The notes: generated by a model from the sequence alone, not told the origin. A DNA stretch of 64,000 nucleotides from an uncultured Gammaproteobacteria bacterium (GCA_963827755.1 CAWHCQ010000010.1:9101-73100), one strand, 5' to 3'. Numbered from the stretch's first letter, positions 33,750 to 45,578 are shown. A program made the numbers and translations.

Positions 33750-34418
33750 GTGAAAAACGCACTTCTTCTTGTATCCCTCTTGCTGGTACTCACGGGCAAC
33801 GCGGTCGCCGAAACCCGCTATATCAGCGACCGCCTTGAAATCACCATGCGCAGCGGCAAGGGTACCGCCTATGGCATTACCCGTATGCTGCGCAGCGGCA
33901 CACCGGTTGAGGTACTCGATGTCGACAAAGACTCCGGTTACAGCCATGTACGCACCAGCAGCGGCAAGGATGGCTATGTGCTTTCCCGCTTCCTGATGAA
34001 GGGCCAGGCCGCACGCGACCTGTTGGCGACTGCCGAAAAAAACCTTGCCGAAATGGAACTCGAGAACAGCAAGATGGCCGCCACGATTGCCGCACTCACA
34101 CAGGAGAAGAACGCACTCGATAAGAGCCTGGCCGCCCTGGATGGCGAAGCCCGCAACGTCAGCCAGGAACTCTCCGAGATCAAGCGCACCGCCTCAAGCG
34201 CCCTTGCCCTCGACTCCGAGAACAAGAACCTGAAAGGCCGGGTAGTGTCACTGGAAAGGCAGCTGCAGACCCTGCACCAGGAAAATGAAAGCCTCAAGGA
34301 CCGGACTGCGCGTGACTGGTTTATGGTGGGTGCCGCCGTAGTACTGCTGGGGATTATTACCGGACTGATCATTCCCCGCATCCGGTTCCGCAAGAAGGCC
34401 GCCTGGGATACGTTTTGA
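33750..34418 (+). CDS. SH3-domain membrane protein (TIGR04211/YgiM family)
   Basis: Signal peptide, RYISD.L...MRSG.G..Y, coiled coil, C-terminal WFMVGA TM. Confidence 0.85.
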   Translation: MKNALLLVSLLLVLTGNAVAETRYISDRLEITMRSGKGTAYGITRMLRSGTPVEVLDVDKDSGYSHVRTSSGKDGYVLSRFLMKGQAARDLLATAEKNLAEMELENSKMAATIAALTQEKNALDKSLAALDGEARNVSQELSEIKRTASSALALDSENKNLKGRVVSLERQLQTLHQENESLKDRTARDWFMVGAAVVLLGIITGLIIPRIRFRKKAAWDTF

Positions 34419-34423
34419 AAAAA

Positions 34424-34583
34424 GGTGAGAAGTGAGAAGTGAAAGTGAAAAGTGAAAAGTGAGGAGTGAAAGTGAAGAAGCGGGGTGAAGTTGGCTGTTA
34501 CGTCGATAGCGAACCACTCATCTATTCTCACTTCTTCACTTCTCACTTCTCACTTCTCACCTCTCACTTCTCACTTCTCACTC
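34424..34583. repeat. Inverted heptamer element H4
   Basis: GTGAGAAGTGAGAAGTGAAAGTG arm and TCACTTC arm containing the ilvD stop. Confidence 0.92.
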
Positions 34584-36257
34584 ATCCGTTACGCAGCCCT
34601 CGGATGCATTCCTGACAAGCTTGATGTACTTGAACAGCGTGCCGCTTGCAGCCTTGTAGGGCGGCATGCTCCAGTCCTTGCGGCGCTGCTCCATCTCGGC
34701 GTCACTGACGGCTACGGACAGGAGCTTTGCTTCTGCATCGATGGTGACAAGGTCGCCGTCACGCAGCAGCGCAATCGGGCCGCCCTCCTGCGCCTCCGGG
34801 ACGATATGGCCGATAATGAAACCGTGCGAACCGCCTGAAAAACGGCCGTCTGTCAGCAGCGCCACATCTTCACCGAGTCCCGCGCCCATGATTGCCGAGG
34901 TCGGCGTCAGCATTTCCGGCATGCCCGGACCGCCCTTGGGGCCCTCGTAGCGAATGACAACCACGTCGCCCTTGTTGATGCGGCCGTTTTCCAGGGCCTC
35001 GAGCATGGCCTCCTCGGCATCGAATACCTTCGCCGGCCCGCTGAACTTGAGGCCTTCCTTGCCGGTGATCTTTGCAACCGAACCGCCCGGTGCGAGGTTG
35101 CCCTTGAGTATCTGTATATGGCCGGAGGGCTTGATCGGTTTGTCAAGTGCGTGAAAGACATCCTGGCCCGGCTTGAGCCCCGGCAGATCCTGCAGGTTCT
35201 GCGCCACTGTTTTCCCGGTCACCGTCAGGCAATCACCCTCGATAAATCCCTCGGCCAGCAGGTATTTCATGACTGCCGGGGTGCCGCCCGCATTATGCAG
35301 GTCCTCCATGACGTATTTTCCACTGGGCTTCAGATCAGCCAGGAACGGCACCCGGTCACTGACGCGCTGGAAATCATCGATACCGAGCGGCACATTGACG
35401 GCACGCGCCATGGCAATCAGGTGCAGCACGGCATTGGTCGAGCCGCCCAGCGCCATGATGATCACCATGGCATTCTCGAACGCCTGGCGCGTCATGATGT
35501 CACGCGGCTTGATGTCCTTTTCCAGCAGGTTAAGGATCGCCTTGCCGGCATTGAAACATTCCTCCAGCTTGGCCGGATCTTCCGCCGGCGTTGAAGAACT
35601 GTAGGGCAGCGACATGCCCATGGCTTCGATGGCCGAGGCCATGGTGTTGGCGGTATACATGCCGCCGCAGGCACCGGCACCCGGGCAGGCGTTGTCGACA
35701 ATGTGATGACGCGTCTCTTCATCGATCTTTCCGGCAATGAATTCACCGTAACTCTGGAATGCCGACACGATATCCAGTGACTGGTTCTTGTAATGGCCGG
35801 GTCGAATGGTCCCGCCATAGACCATCAGTGACGGCCGGTTGAGCCTGCCCATGGCGATTAAACAACCGGGCATGTTCTTGTCGCACCCGGGAAGTGAAAT
35901 ATTGGCGTCATACCATTGCGCACACATCACCGTCTCGATCGAATCCGCAATCAGGTCGCGCGACTGCAATGAATAACTCATCCCGTCAGTACCCATGGAG
36001 ATGCCATCGCTGACCCCGATGGTGTTGAAGCGCATACCGACCAGACCGGCCGCCTGCACGCCTTCGCGCACACGTGCGGCGAGATCGTTGAGATGCATAT
36101 TGCAGGTATTGCCCTCGTACCAGACACTCGATATTCCGACCTGTGCCTTGTCCATGTCTGCGGCGGTCAGGCCGGTGCCGTGCAGCATGGCCTGTGATGC
36201 TCCCTGTGATTTTGGCTGGGTGATGCGGGCGCTGTAGCGGTTCAACTGCTTGGTCAT
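34578..36257 (-). CDS. ilvD: Dihydroxy-acid dehydratase
   Basis: [52 protein letters not shown]. Confidence 0.97.
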   Translation of the reverse strand: MTKQLNRYSARITQPKSQGASQAMLHGTGLTAADMDKAQVGISSVWYEGNTCNMHLNDLAARVREGVQAAGLVGMRFNTIGVSDGISMGTDGMSYSLQSRDLIADSIETVMCAQWYDANISLPGCDKNMPGCLIAMGRLNRPSLMVYGGTIRPGHYKNQSLDIVSAFQSYGEFIAGKIDEETRHHIVDNACPGAGACGGMYTANTMASAIEAMGMSLPYSSSTPAEDPAKLEECFNAGKAILNLLEKDIKPRDIMTRQAFENAMVIIMALGGSTNAVLHLIAMARAVNVPLGIDDFQRVSDRVPFLADLKPSGKYVMEDLHNAGGTPAVMKYLLAEGFIEGDCLTVTGKTVAQNLQDLPGLKPGQDVFHALDKPIKPSGHIQILKGNLAPGGSVAKITGKEGLKFSGPAKVFDAEEAMLEALENGRINKGDVVVIRYEGPKGGPGMPEMLTPTSAIMGAGLGEDVALLTDGRFSGGSHGFIIGHIVPEAQEGGPIALLRDGDLVTIDAEAKLLSVAVSDAEMEQRRKDWSMPPYKAASGTLFKYIKLVRNASEGCVTDE

Positions 36258-36630
36258 GATTTTCTCCAGTCATGATTGCCGCTTGCGGCAACCGGGGGCT
36301 CATCCACGTACAAAGGTTGGCCATTGTACAGACGGACCCGCCGCTGCTGAACCGCCGGGAAGGTCGTCACCCGGATTGCACAGGCCAGGCCGGCTGGCGG
36401 CTTGCCGAAGCAGCGGACGAAGCTTGCCTCGCAGGCGAGCAAACAGCCGGGCGAGGTGAAACAGGGATATGCCAAATAATTGGCAGGATAAATTTTATAA
36501 TATCAATATTAATCAATAACCTGGATTAATAATTTTTTCAGTTTAGGGCTTGCTTTCCAGTGAATCGATGATACTATATTAGCAGTTGCTTATTTTATTA
36601 AGCATTAAATTACCTGGCAGGAGGTGAGCC

Positions 36631-36756
36631 ATGTATATCGACAATCTGACGCTGGTTTCGCTTGTTGTGTTTGCAGTTGCCTTGGGCAGCTTTATAAAAG
36701 TATGCCTGATAGACAGCTGCATGACAGGCGGAAACACAGGGGATAAACACCGGTAA
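36631..36756 (+). CDS. Small membrane protein, 41 aa (below the ORF-track cutoff)
   Basis: AGGAGGTGA RBS before ATG; MYIDNLTLVSLVVFAVALGSFIKVCLIDSCMTGGNTGDKHR*. Confidence 0.65.
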   Translation: MYIDNLTLVSLVVFAVALGSFIKVCLIDSCMTGGNTGDKHR

Positions 36757-36760
36757 CAAC

Positions 36761-36808
36761 CTGAACGGGCTGTCATTCCCGCCAACGCGGGCGTGCCGGC
36801 CCGTTCAG
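36761..36808. other. Intergenic stem-loop between the small ORF and rhodanese
   Basis: CTGAACGGGC...GCCCGTTCAG perfect 10-bp arms with inner CCCGC..GCGGG stem; no U-tract. Confidence 0.55.
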
Positions 36809-36825
36809 TATTGAGGAATAAATAC

Positions 36826-37137
36826 ATGTACCAGGCAACCCTTTCACCCGACGATGCATACACCCTGATTGAACAGGGTGCGCAGCTTGTTGATGTGCGC
36901 CACCCGCATGAGTACGCGCGCAATGCACTGCCCGGCTCGGTGAATATACCGTTGCAAGTCATCCAGCAGGCAAACAAGCAGTTGCATAAAGACACACCGG
37001 TGCTGCTGTATTGCAACAGCGGACAACGCAGCGGTACAGCCATGCACCTGCTGCAGGCCTGCGGTTTCCGCCGAGTGCATAACCTTGGCTCTTACTGCAA
37101 CTTCACCTGTCGTGAACAAAAAAACGGCCGCCGGTGA
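36826..37137 (+). CDS. Single-domain rhodanese (sulfurtransferase)
   Basis: LVDVR...EY....LPGSVNIPL, active-site loop YCNSGQRS. Confidence 0.9.
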   Translation: MYQATLSPDDAYTLIEQGAQLVDVRHPHEYARNALPGSVNIPLQVIQQANKQLHKDTPVLLYCNSGQRSGTAMHLLQACGFRRVHNLGSYCNFTCREQKNGRR

Positions 37138-37144
37138 ACCTGTC

Positions 37145-37867
37145 ATGGAACTGCGCCAGTTATTCGATCCCGGGAGTTCCACGTACAGCTACCTGGTATG
37201 GGACCGGGAGAGCCGTGAGGCCGCATTGATCGATCCCGTGCAGGAACAGGTTGAACGGGACATAAGACTCATTCGGGAACTTGACCTGAAGCTGTGTTAT
37301 ACCCTTGAAACCCATGTGCATGCCGACCACGTTACCGGCTCCGGCATGCTTCGAAACCGGCTCGATTCAATTGTCATGGTGCATGAAAACAGCCGGGCAA
37401 AATGCGCCGATGTCCTGTTAAGGGATGGTGACCTGTTACCGCTTGGCAGCGGCAAGATCAAGGTACTGTCCACGCCTGGTCATACAAACAGTGATGTAAG
37501 TTACCTGATCCCGGGCGCCGTGTTTACCGGCGACAGCCTGCTGGTACGTGGCTGTGGCCGCACAGATTTCCAGAGCGGTGACGCCGGCACCCTGTTTGAC
37601 TCCGTTACCCGGCGGTTGTTCACCCTGCCGGACTCAACGATCGTCTACCCGGCACACGACTACCAGGGGCGCGCCTCCACCACTATCGCCGAGGAAAAAC
37701 AGTACAACCCACGGCTCTGCGCGGGCATGACACGCGAGGCGTTTATCGCCATGATGAACAAGCTTGAACTCGGCCCACCACTGCACATGCATGAAGCCCT
37801 GCCTTCGAACCTGCGCTGCGGCACCCCGGATTTTCACACGCCCCCACCAAACACCTTTCAATTGTAG
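37145..37867 (+). CDS. Persulfide dioxygenase (ETHE1/Sdo-like MBL-fold)
   Basis: RQLFD..SSTYSY, ETHVHADHVTG, TPGHT, GCGRTDFQ, VYPAHDY, EEK..NPRL. Confidence 0.88.
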   Translation: MELRQLFDPGSSTYSYLVWDRESREAALIDPVQEQVERDIRLIRELDLKLCYTLETHVHADHVTGSGMLRNRLDSIVMVHENSRAKCADVLLRDGDLLPLGSGKIKVLSTPGHTNSDVSYLIPGAVFTGDSLLVRGCGRTDFQSGDAGTLFDSVTRRLFTLPDSTIVYPAHDYQGRASTTIAEEKQYNPRLCAGMTREAFIAMMNKLELGPPLHMHEALPSNLRCGTPDFHTPPPNTFQL

Positions 37868-37875
37868 GGGCCAAC

Positions 37876-37963
37876 TGTAGGAGCCAGCGCCAGCTGGCGA
37901 ACCCCGCACCAAACCATCGCCAGCCCTTCGCCAACCCTTCGCCAGCTGGCGCTGGCTCCTGCA
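37876..37963. repeat. Inverted REP doublet, GTAG family 4
   Basis: TGTAGGAGCCAGCGCCAGCTGGCGAA (37876-37901) and TTCGCCAGCTGGCGCTGGCTCCTGCA (37938-37963); identical single copy at 60941-60966. Confidence 0.85.
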
Positions 37964-38092
37964 ATGAATAGATACCTTCCCGCTTTTCCGGCCCCGGTTC
38001 AAGAATCTACTGAAATCGCCGATGGGCTGCAGATACCTGCCCGTCTAATAACTGTGGCTTTTATTCAACGGACCGGACCGAATGCGGGGCTT

Positions 38093-40074
38093 ATGAAGAA
38101 CGACTCGAACAAACCGCTTGCACTTGGCTTCATGGCCATCCTTGTCCTGTTGTTCTCACTGGTATTCATATCCCTGGTACAAATCCAGACAAGCAACAAG
38201 AGCATGAAAGAACTGGTCGATGCGAGCTATATAAAGACAGCCGCCGCCAATGACATGCGTGACGCTACCCGCCTCGTATCCGGAAACCTGAAGACAATAA
38301 TGCTCTCAAAAGACAGCCCTCTCGCGACGAGGAATATCAACGCTACACAAGCCATGGCGGCAAATACCAGGCGGCCGGGGAAAATCCTGCACGGCCCGGC
38401 ACGGAGAAACATGAGTCGGAAATTCTTGATGGGCTTGATCAACTGATCCCTGAATCTCAGCCCCGCAATGATGACACAGCCAGCCTGCTGACGAGCGATG
38501 CAGCAGCGACCAAAACAGAAAAGGCACTGGAAAATGCCGCCGCGCACCAACAGAAAATACTTGCTGTTATCGAGGAACTCGTTGCCCTTGAAAGAAAGAA
38601 TACAAGGCAGGCACTGGAGGCCAGCCAGGTTCATTACTCGGGCACCAGGCAGCTGCTGTTCGCCCTGACCGGTATAGCCCTGTTATTCATATTACTGGTC
38701 GCACGCGCCATAATGAAACATACTGCCAGAAAGAACCGGCAACTTGCCTACCAGTCAACACATGATGCACTTACCGGGTTGATAAACAGGCGTGAGTTCG
38801 AATGCCGGGTTGAACGCGCGATTGAAAACGCCCGCACACAGGATGCTACACACGCACTCCTGTATATGGACCTTGACCAGTTCAAGATCATTAATGATAC
38901 CAGTGGTCACCTGGCGGGCGATGAACTGCTCCGGCAGCTTTCACATTTACTTCTCAGCAGCATTCGCCAGCGTGACACCCTGGGCCGTCTTGGTGGCGAT
39001 GAATTTGGCATGTTGCTCGAAAACTGCCCGCTGGAAAACGCTGTCAAGATCGCCAATGAACTGTTGACTGCAATCAACGGATTTCAGTTTACCTGGGGTG
39101 ATAACACCTTCACTCCGGGTATAAGCATCGGCATCGTTCCAATAGACGACGGCAGCACCGATCTCGCCAGTGTGATGAGCGCAGCAGACTCTGCCTGCTA
39201 TATTGCCAAGGAGTCAGGTCACGACCAGGTGCAGATCGCACATCTCGGTGACCGGCGCCTGCAACAGCGCCACGGTGAGATGCAATGGATATCGCGACTT
39301 GCAAAGGCACTGAAAGAGGACCGCTTCACACTGTATTTCCAGCCAATACTTCCCTGTGCAGGTCGCCAGGGCGTCGACAAGCATATAGAAATCCTGTTGC
39401 GCCTGATCGATGAAGACGGCACGGTAATATCCCCCGGTTGTTTTCTTCCCGCCAGCGAAAAGTACAACATGGCTGCCAGCATCGATCGCTGGGTTATCAG
39501 CCACGCCATGGAGTGGCTGGCCGATGAGCCTGCACGTGGAGACTGGCCGGTAATCATTTCCATCAACCTTTCCGGGCAATCCATTGGTAACCCGGAAATG
39601 TTGAAGTTCATCATTAATGAGCTGGAGAGAACCGGTGCCGCCCCCGGGAAGATTATTTTTGAAGTCCCCGAAACAGAGGCAATTGCAAATATCTCTTCAG
39701 CAACCGGCTTCATGTTGACACTGCGGGGTTACGGCCTTCGATTCTCGCTCGATCACTTCGGCAGCGGCCTTTCTTCATTTACCTACCTGAAAAAACTTCC
39801 CGTGGATTTTCTTAAAATCGACGGTTCCTTTGTGCGCGACATACTCTCCGATCCCGTGGACCGCGCCATGGTCAAGGCCATCAACGAACTTGGACACCTG
39901 CTTGGCAAGCAGACCATCGCCGAGTACGTTGAAACACATGAACTGGCGGAAGAATTGCACAGGATGGGCATGGATTTCGCGCAGGGTTCTGTCTACGCCA
40001 GGCCTCAACCACTGGCCAACTTTTCCCGGGCGACGGGACCACACCTGGTCGTAGTTGCATCCCGCCAACCGTAA
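38093..40074 (+). CDS. Membrane sensor GGDEF-EAL protein (N-terminal part frameshifted)
   Basis: TM-periplasmic helical sensor-TM, then HDALTGL.NRR, RLGGDEF, EILLR, DFLKIDGSF, IAEYVE. Confidence 0.85.
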
Positions 40075-40135
40075 TAGTTGTTCCGGCTTGTGTCGCTGGA
40101 GATCACTTGTTATAAGAGACGTCAGGGAAAAACAC

Positions 40136-41461
40136 ATGACGCAAAAATTACTGCACAAGCAATTTGTCGAGAGCTTCCGCCAGTCGGCGCCCTACATCCA
40201 CGCACACAGGGGCCGCACCGTCGTGCTTGTCTTCGGGGGCGAGGCCGTTGCCGACCCGCAGTTCTGCAACCTGGTTCATGATATTGCCCTGCTTCACAGT
40301 CTCGGGATCCAGCTGGTACTGGTCCACGGGGCAAGACCCCAGATCGAAAACAGGCTCAAGGCCGGCAAGGTAAAACCGGCCTACGCCAGCGGGCTGCGTA
40401 TTACAGACGAGGACGCGCTGGCGTGCGTGAAGGAAGCGGCCGGTTGCGTTCGTGTCGAAATAGAGGCCCTGCTGTCCATGGGCCTTGCCAATACCCCCAT
40501 GTCCGGTGCGCGCATCGGTGTAACGTCGGGAAATTTCGTCATCGCCCGTCCGCTGGGTGTGCGCGAGGGGATCGATTACCAGCATACCGGCGAGGTACGC
40601 CGCATAGATGCAGAGGCCATCCGGCAACACCTTGCAGACAGGCGCATCGTACTGCTTTCCCCCCTGGGTTACTCGCCAACGGGCGAGGTGTTCAATCTCA
40701 GTGCCGGTGAAATTGCTACGGCTGCAGCAGCCGCGTTGCAAGCAGACAAACTTGTAATCATGGCTGAAGGCGGGACCCTCAGGGGCGCTCGCCGCCAGCT
40801 GATATCACAGCTGACACTGGACGAGTGCACGAAACTGCTTGAATCGAAACGCCGGCTGCCGGCAGACACAAGACAACACCTGGAACATGCAATACAGGCC
40901 TGCCGTTACGGTGTCGGGCGGGTACATATACTCGACCGCAACATCAATGGCGCGCTGTTGCTGGAACTGTTTACCCGCGACGGGCTCGGCACCCTGGTGA
41001 CGGCCGAGATCTACGAGGGCCTGCGTGCTGCCACTATCGACGATGCCGGGGGCATCCTGGAACTTATCAAGCCCCTCGAAGACGATGGCATCCTGGTGCG
41101 GCGCTCACGCGAACGCCTGGAGATCGAGATCGCCCATTTCCATGTCATCGAGCGTGACGGCATGATCATTGCCTGCGCAGCGCTGTACCCCAGCGAAAGA
41201 AAGACGCTGGCTGAACTGGCCTGCCTCGCCGTGCATGCAGATTACCGGGATGCGGGACGTGGCGATGCCCTGTTGCAGAAAATGGAAGACCTTGCCATCA
41301 GGGCAGGCATCAGCAAACTCATGGTGCTCACCACCCATACCGCCCACTGGTTCAGGGAGCGCGGCTTCCTGCCAGGTGACAGGTCGGAACTGCCGGCAAA
41401 AAAGAAAAACCTGTACAACTATCAACGTAATTCAAAGGTTTTCTTCAAGCAACTGGCCTGA
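40136..41461 (+). CDS. argA: Amino-acid N-acetyltransferase
   Basis: FRQSAPYIHAHRG, VHGARPQI, GYSPTGE.FNL, LLELFTRDG.GT, GNAT domain, YNYQRNSK. Confidence 0.96.
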   Translation: MTQKLLHKQFVESFRQSAPYIHAHRGRTVVLVFGGEAVADPQFCNLVHDIALLHSLGIQLVLVHGARPQIENRLKAGKVKPAYASGLRITDEDALACVKEAAGCVRVEIEALLSMGLANTPMSGARIGVTSGNFVIARPLGVREGIDYQHTGEVRRIDAEAIRQHLADRRIVLLSPLGYSPTGEVFNLSAGEIATAAAAALQADKLVIMAEGGTLRGARRQLISQLTLDECTKLLESKRRLPADTRQHLEHAIQACRYGVGRVHILDRNINGALLLELFTRDGLGTLVTAEIYEGLRAATIDDAGGILELIKPLEDDGILVRRSRERLEIEIAHFHVIERDGMIIACAALYPSERKTLAELACLAVHADYRDAGRGDALLQKMEDLAIRAGISKLMVLTTHTAHWFRERGFLPGDRSELPAKKKNLYNYQRNSKVFFKQLA

Positions 41462-41744
41462 AAACCCGGTACCTGGTCACAAAAAAGCGAATTGAGCGAT
41501 GCACCGGCTTTAGATTCAAGACCGCCAACCGATAACAGGACAAGAGGCAAATAGCCAGCATAGTCAACGTGTTACTAGCAGAATCAGGGAGACTATTGTG
41601 AATATTGAATTTACACGGAGTCTAAATCACGTATTATAAATAAGGTTGGCAGTGCTGCCTGCCGGGATACGCCCTGTCGCGGGGAACGCTTTCTTCAGGC
41701 AGCCTGGCACCGGGGCAGCAGCGCAATTCAGTGAGAAATGACAG

Positions 41745-42566
41745 ATGGCAGAAAGCAGCGTGCAGCGACAATCCGGGCAGGTCATCAAGGCACTGCAAAT
41801 TACAGATCTGCACCTGTTTGCAGGCAGTGAAGGAACGCTGGTCGGATTAAACACCGAACAATCACTGGAGGCCGTCGAGGCACAGATCAGGGCAAACGAT
41901 CTGCCCGCCGACCTGATTCTTGCCACCGGTGACCTGGTGCATGACGGTACAGAGGCGGCCTATCAACGTTCATTTTCACACCTGGCAAGTTTTGGATTAC
42001 CGGTATATTGCCTGCCGGGCAACCATGATGAACTGCAGGCCCTGAAAGCAAGCGCCAATGGCGGTTTAATCAACTACGTGGAACATTGCCACCATGGCAA
42101 CTGGCATTTCATATTCCTGGACTCCACCATTCCCGACAATGACGGTGCCCATCTGACCAGGGAATCCCTGCAGATACTGGAAACACACCTGCAATCCGCA
42201 CCCGATGCCCACACACTCGTATGCCTGCATCACCAGCCGGTGAAAATGGGCAGCCAGTGGCTCGATACCATGGCACTGGATAACCCGGATGAATTCTTTG
42301 CCATCATCGACCGCTATCCACAGATCCGCGGCATCCTCTGGGGACATGTACACCAGCAATATGACGGCATGTATAAAAACATCCAGATGATGTCCTCGCC
42401 GTCAACCTGTATTCAGTTTCTGCCCAAGAGCAAGGAATTTGCACTGGACAACGCGGCACCGGGATACCGCTGGCTGGAACTGCACCCGGACGGCCGAATA
42501 GAAACCGGTGTAAACCGGATCGCCAGCGTCACCGGCAGTGTCGACATGGCCTGCAACGGCTATTAG
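41745..42566 (+). CDS. cpdA: 3',5'-cyclic-AMP phosphodiesterase
   Basis: QITDLHL, TGDL, PGNHD, HHQP, WGHVHQ, PSTC.QF. Confidence 0.92.
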   Translation: MAESSVQRQSGQVIKALQITDLHLFAGSEGTLVGLNTEQSLEAVEAQIRANDLPADLILATGDLVHDGTEAAYQRSFSHLASFGLPVYCLPGNHDELQALKASANGGLINYVEHCHHGNWHFIFLDSTIPDNDGAHLTRESLQILETHLQSAPDAHTLVCLHHQPVKMGSQWLDTMALDNPDEFFAIIDRYPQIRGILWGHVHQQYDGMYKNIQMMSSPSTCIQFLPKSKEFALDNAAPGYRWLELHPDGRIETGVNRIASVTGSVDMACNGY

Positions 42567-42573
42567 AACACTG

Positions 42574-42724
42574 TCAGAAGTCCTGAGAAGTGAGAAGTAA
42601 GCAAGTACACAGCCAGGTGACTGTTTCTGAATGTAATGGCCACGGAATCCACGGATGCACACTTAAAACTAAAGTCATTAACTGACTTTTCACTTCTCAC
42701 TTCTTCACTTCTGACTTCCGTGGC
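42574..42724. repeat. Short inverted heptamer element H5 with nested CACG-triplet fragments
   Basis: TGAGAAGTGAGAAGTAA arm, ATGGCCACGGAATCCACGG (42636-), TTCACTTCTCACTTC arm, TTCCGTGGC (42716-42724). Confidence 0.8.
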
Positions 42725-42759
42725 AAAACATCTAAATGCCTTGTCAGCCTCAACCAGCC

Positions 42760-43977
42760 CTACTGAACCAGCTGGTTCAAATCAAAAATCGGCAGCAGGA
42801 TCGCCAGCACAATCACCAGCACCACCGCACCCATCAACAGTATCAGCACGGGCTCGAATAGCCCCAGCAAGGCGGCGATCAGCGTTTCGATTTCACGCTC
42901 CTGGTTGATGGCCGCACGCTCCAGCATTTCTTCCAGCTTGCCGCTGGCTTCGCCACTGGCAATCAGGTGCACCGTCATGGGCGGGAAGTAGCCGCTTCTC
43001 TCCAGGGCTGAGGCAATACTTGCACCCTCACGTATGCGTGCAGCGGCCTCGGTAACGGCCTCACGCATGGGCATGTTGGACATCACCTGCGCAGAAATAC
43101 GCAAGGCCTCCAGCACCGGCACGCCACTGGCCGTGAGGATACTCAGGGTCCGGGCAAATCGACCGGTATTCAGGCCACCGACCAGCCGGCCGATCAGCGG
43201 CAGCCGCAGCAGAAACCGGTGAAAACGCCTGCGGTTTGCGTCGTAGCGCAACAGGTAGGTGAAGCCGGCGACGCCCAGCATAATCAATACGATGAGTATC
43301 AGTCCCCATTCGCGCAGGAAATCGCTGACGGCAATCAGCCCCCGGGTCAGGCCCGGAAGATTCTGCCCGATATTGTCAAACACCTGTACGACCTGCGGCA
43401 CCACGTAGGTCATCAAGCCGCCGACAACCAGGACGGCAACCAGTGTCAGCATGGCCGGGTAAAACACCGCCAGTTGAATCTTCTGGCGCAGCTGCTGGCG
43501 ACTCTCGGTGTAATCGGCGAGGCGTTCCAGCACCCTGTCGAGGTGACCCGATTGCTCGCCGGCCTCGACGGTTGTCCGATACAGCTCGGGAAAGACATTC
43601 CTGAAATCCGACAGGCCCGCTGCCAGCGTATGGCCCTCCATGACACGTGAGCGAACGGCCAGTAATATTCTTTTCAGTCGCTGATTTTCAGACTGCTGCG
43701 AAACAGCGCGCAGGCATTCTTCCAGTGGCAGACCGGCACGCACCAGCGTCGCGGTCTGCCGGGTCATCAGCGCGAGGTCTGTTGCACTGATACCCCGCTG
43801 CAGAAATGATGGCCGGCCGCGACGAGTCGTCTCGCGCTGTATGACCTCGTTGACCTCGAGCGGGATCCAGCCCTGGTCGCGCAATTGCTGGCGTACCTGG
43901 CGCGGGGCATCACCTTCGATGACGCCTTTTTTCTCACGGCCGGACTTGTCCAGCGCCTTGTATTCAAAGGCACCCAT
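42760..43977 (-). CDS. gspF: Type II secretion inner-membrane protein F
   Basis: F.Y.ALD..G...G..E.D, TRQ.ATL..AGLPL, AGE.SG.L, EP.LI..MG. Confidence 0.95.
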   Translation of the reverse strand: MGAFEYKALDKSGREKKGVIEGDAPRQVRQQLRDQGWIPLEVNEVIQRETTRRGRPSFLQRGISATDLALMTRQTATLVRAGLPLEECLRAVSQQSENQRLKRILLAVRSRVMEGHTLAAGLSDFRNVFPELYRTTVEAGEQSGHLDRVLERLADYTESRQQLRQKIQLAVFYPAMLTLVAVLVVGGLMTYVVPQVVQVFDNIGQNLPGLTRGLIAVSDFLREWGLILIVLIMLGVAGFTYLLRYDANRRRFHRFLLRLPLIGRLVGGLNTGRFARTLSILTASGVPVLEALRISAQVMSNMPMREAVTEAAARIREGASIASALERSGYFPPMTVHLIASGEASGKLEEMLERAAINQEREIETLIAALLGLFEPVLILLMGAVVLVIVLAILLPIFDLNQLVQ

Positions 43978-44051
43978 GTCAGCCGGGGAAAGAGTTACTC
44001 GAAATTACACACATGCTGTTTCGACTGCACCTGCCGTAAGAGGTTGGCTGT

Positions 44052-45575
44052 CTAGCTACTCTGGGTAACGCGCAATACTTCCTCAACCGAGGTGATTCCC
44101 TGCAATACCTTGCGCCAGCCATCCTCGCGCATACCGGGTGAATCTTCACGCGCAACCCGTTCCATTGCCTGCTCACCATCACCGTCATGGATCATCGTGC
44201 GCAGGGTCTCGCTCACTTCAACCAGCTCGTAGATACCGGTTCGCCCGCGGTAACCAAGCTGCTTGCAGTGGGCACATCCGCGGACACGATAAAGGACAGG
44301 CGCTGCATCTTCCGCAACCCCCAGCATCCGGCACTCATTCTCGCCGGCCGTGTAGGGTTCCTTGCAGTCGTTACACAAAACCCGCACCAGCCGTTGCGCC
44401 AGTACCCCGATCAGGCTGGAGGATAAAAGAAAGGGCTCCACGCCCATATCACGCAACCGGGTTACCGCACCGACTGCACTATTGGTATGCAGGGTGGAAA
44501 AAACCAGGTGGCCGGTCAGACTGGCCTGTACGGAGATCTCCGCAGTCTCCAGGTCACGGATCTCGCCGACCATCACCACATCCGGGTCCTGACGGAGGAT
44601 GGCACGCAGGCCACGTGCAAAGTCCAGGTTAACCTTGGTATTGACCTGCGTCTGCCCGATCCCGTCAAGGTAATACTCGATCGGGTCTTCAACCGTCATG
44701 ATATTACGGCTCTTGTTGTTAAGACGCCCGAGCGCGGCATACAGGGTCGTGGTCTTGCCCGACCCGGTCGGGCCGGTTACCAGGATAATGCCGTGTGGCC
44801 TTTGAATAAGACTGTCGATCACATCTCTTGTGTGCGCGGCCATTCCCAGACTCTCGAGATCGAGGCGGCCGGCCTGTTTATCGAGCAGGCGCATCACCAC
44901 GCGCTCACCGTTACCGGATGGCAGTGTCGAGACACGCACATCGACCGCCCGCCCGGCGACCCGCAGCGAGATACGGCCATCCTGCGGCAGGCGCTTCTCG
45001 GCGATATCCAGGCGCGCCATGACCTTGATGCGTGACACCAGTAATGGCGCAAGCACCCGTTGCGGCTCCAGCACCTCGCGCAGCACACCATCACAGCGGA
45101 AACGTACGACCAGGCGGTTCTCGAAGGGCTCGATATGGATATCCGAGGCATTTTCCTTTACCGCCTCGGTAAGCAGTGCATTAATCAGGCGAATGATCGG
45201 CGCATCGTCTTCGCTTTCCAGCAGATCTTCCGGCTCGGGCAGATGCTCGGCGATATCCATCAGATCCATCTCGTCACCCAGGTCATCCATCATCTGCATG
45301 GCTTCGCTGGAATCCTGCTCATAGGTATTGGCAAGCAGCGTCTCGAACCTGTCCCTGTCGACGAGCGTGAGTGACAACGGCTGCCCCATAAAGCGGCGCA
45401 GCTCGGACAGCGCAGCCGGGGCTATACTGGAACAATGCAGCACCAGGGCCTTGCCATCCTGTTCGCCTGTGACCAGCAAGCCGTGCCGCTTGGCAAACAT
45501 GAATGGCGGGCGACGTAACCCGGCAGATACTTCGGTGTTGATTTCCCCGGCGGATTGAAGCGGCGTTTCAGACAT
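44052..45575 (-). CDS. gspE: Type II secretion ATPase E
   Basis: [37 protein letters not shown], tetracysteine motif. Confidence 0.96.
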   Translation of the reverse strand: MSETPLQSAGEINTEVSAGLRRPPFMFAKRHGLLVTGEQDGKALVLHCSSIAPAALSELRRFMGQPLSLTLVDRDRFETLLANTYEQDSSEAMQMMDDLGDEMDLMDIAEHLPEPEDLLESEDDAPIIRLINALLTEAVKENASDIHIEPFENRLVVRFRCDGVLREVLEPQRVLAPLLVSRIKVMARLDIAEKRLPQDGRISLRVAGRAVDVRVSTLPSGNGERVVMRLLDKQAGRLDLESLGMAAHTRDVIDSLIQRPHGIILVTGPTGSGKTTTLYAALGRLNNKSRNIMTVEDPIEYYLDGIGQTQVNTKVNLDFARGLRAILRQDPDVVMVGEIRDLETAEISVQASLTGHLVFSTLHTNSAVGAVTRLRDMGVEPFLLSSSLIGVLAQRLVRVLCNDCKEPYTAGENECRMLGVAEDAAPVLYRVRGCAHCKQLGYRGRTGIYELVEVSETLRTMIHDGDGEQAMERVAREDSPGMREDGWRKVLQGITSVEEVLRVTQSS

Positions 45576-45578
45576 CCC

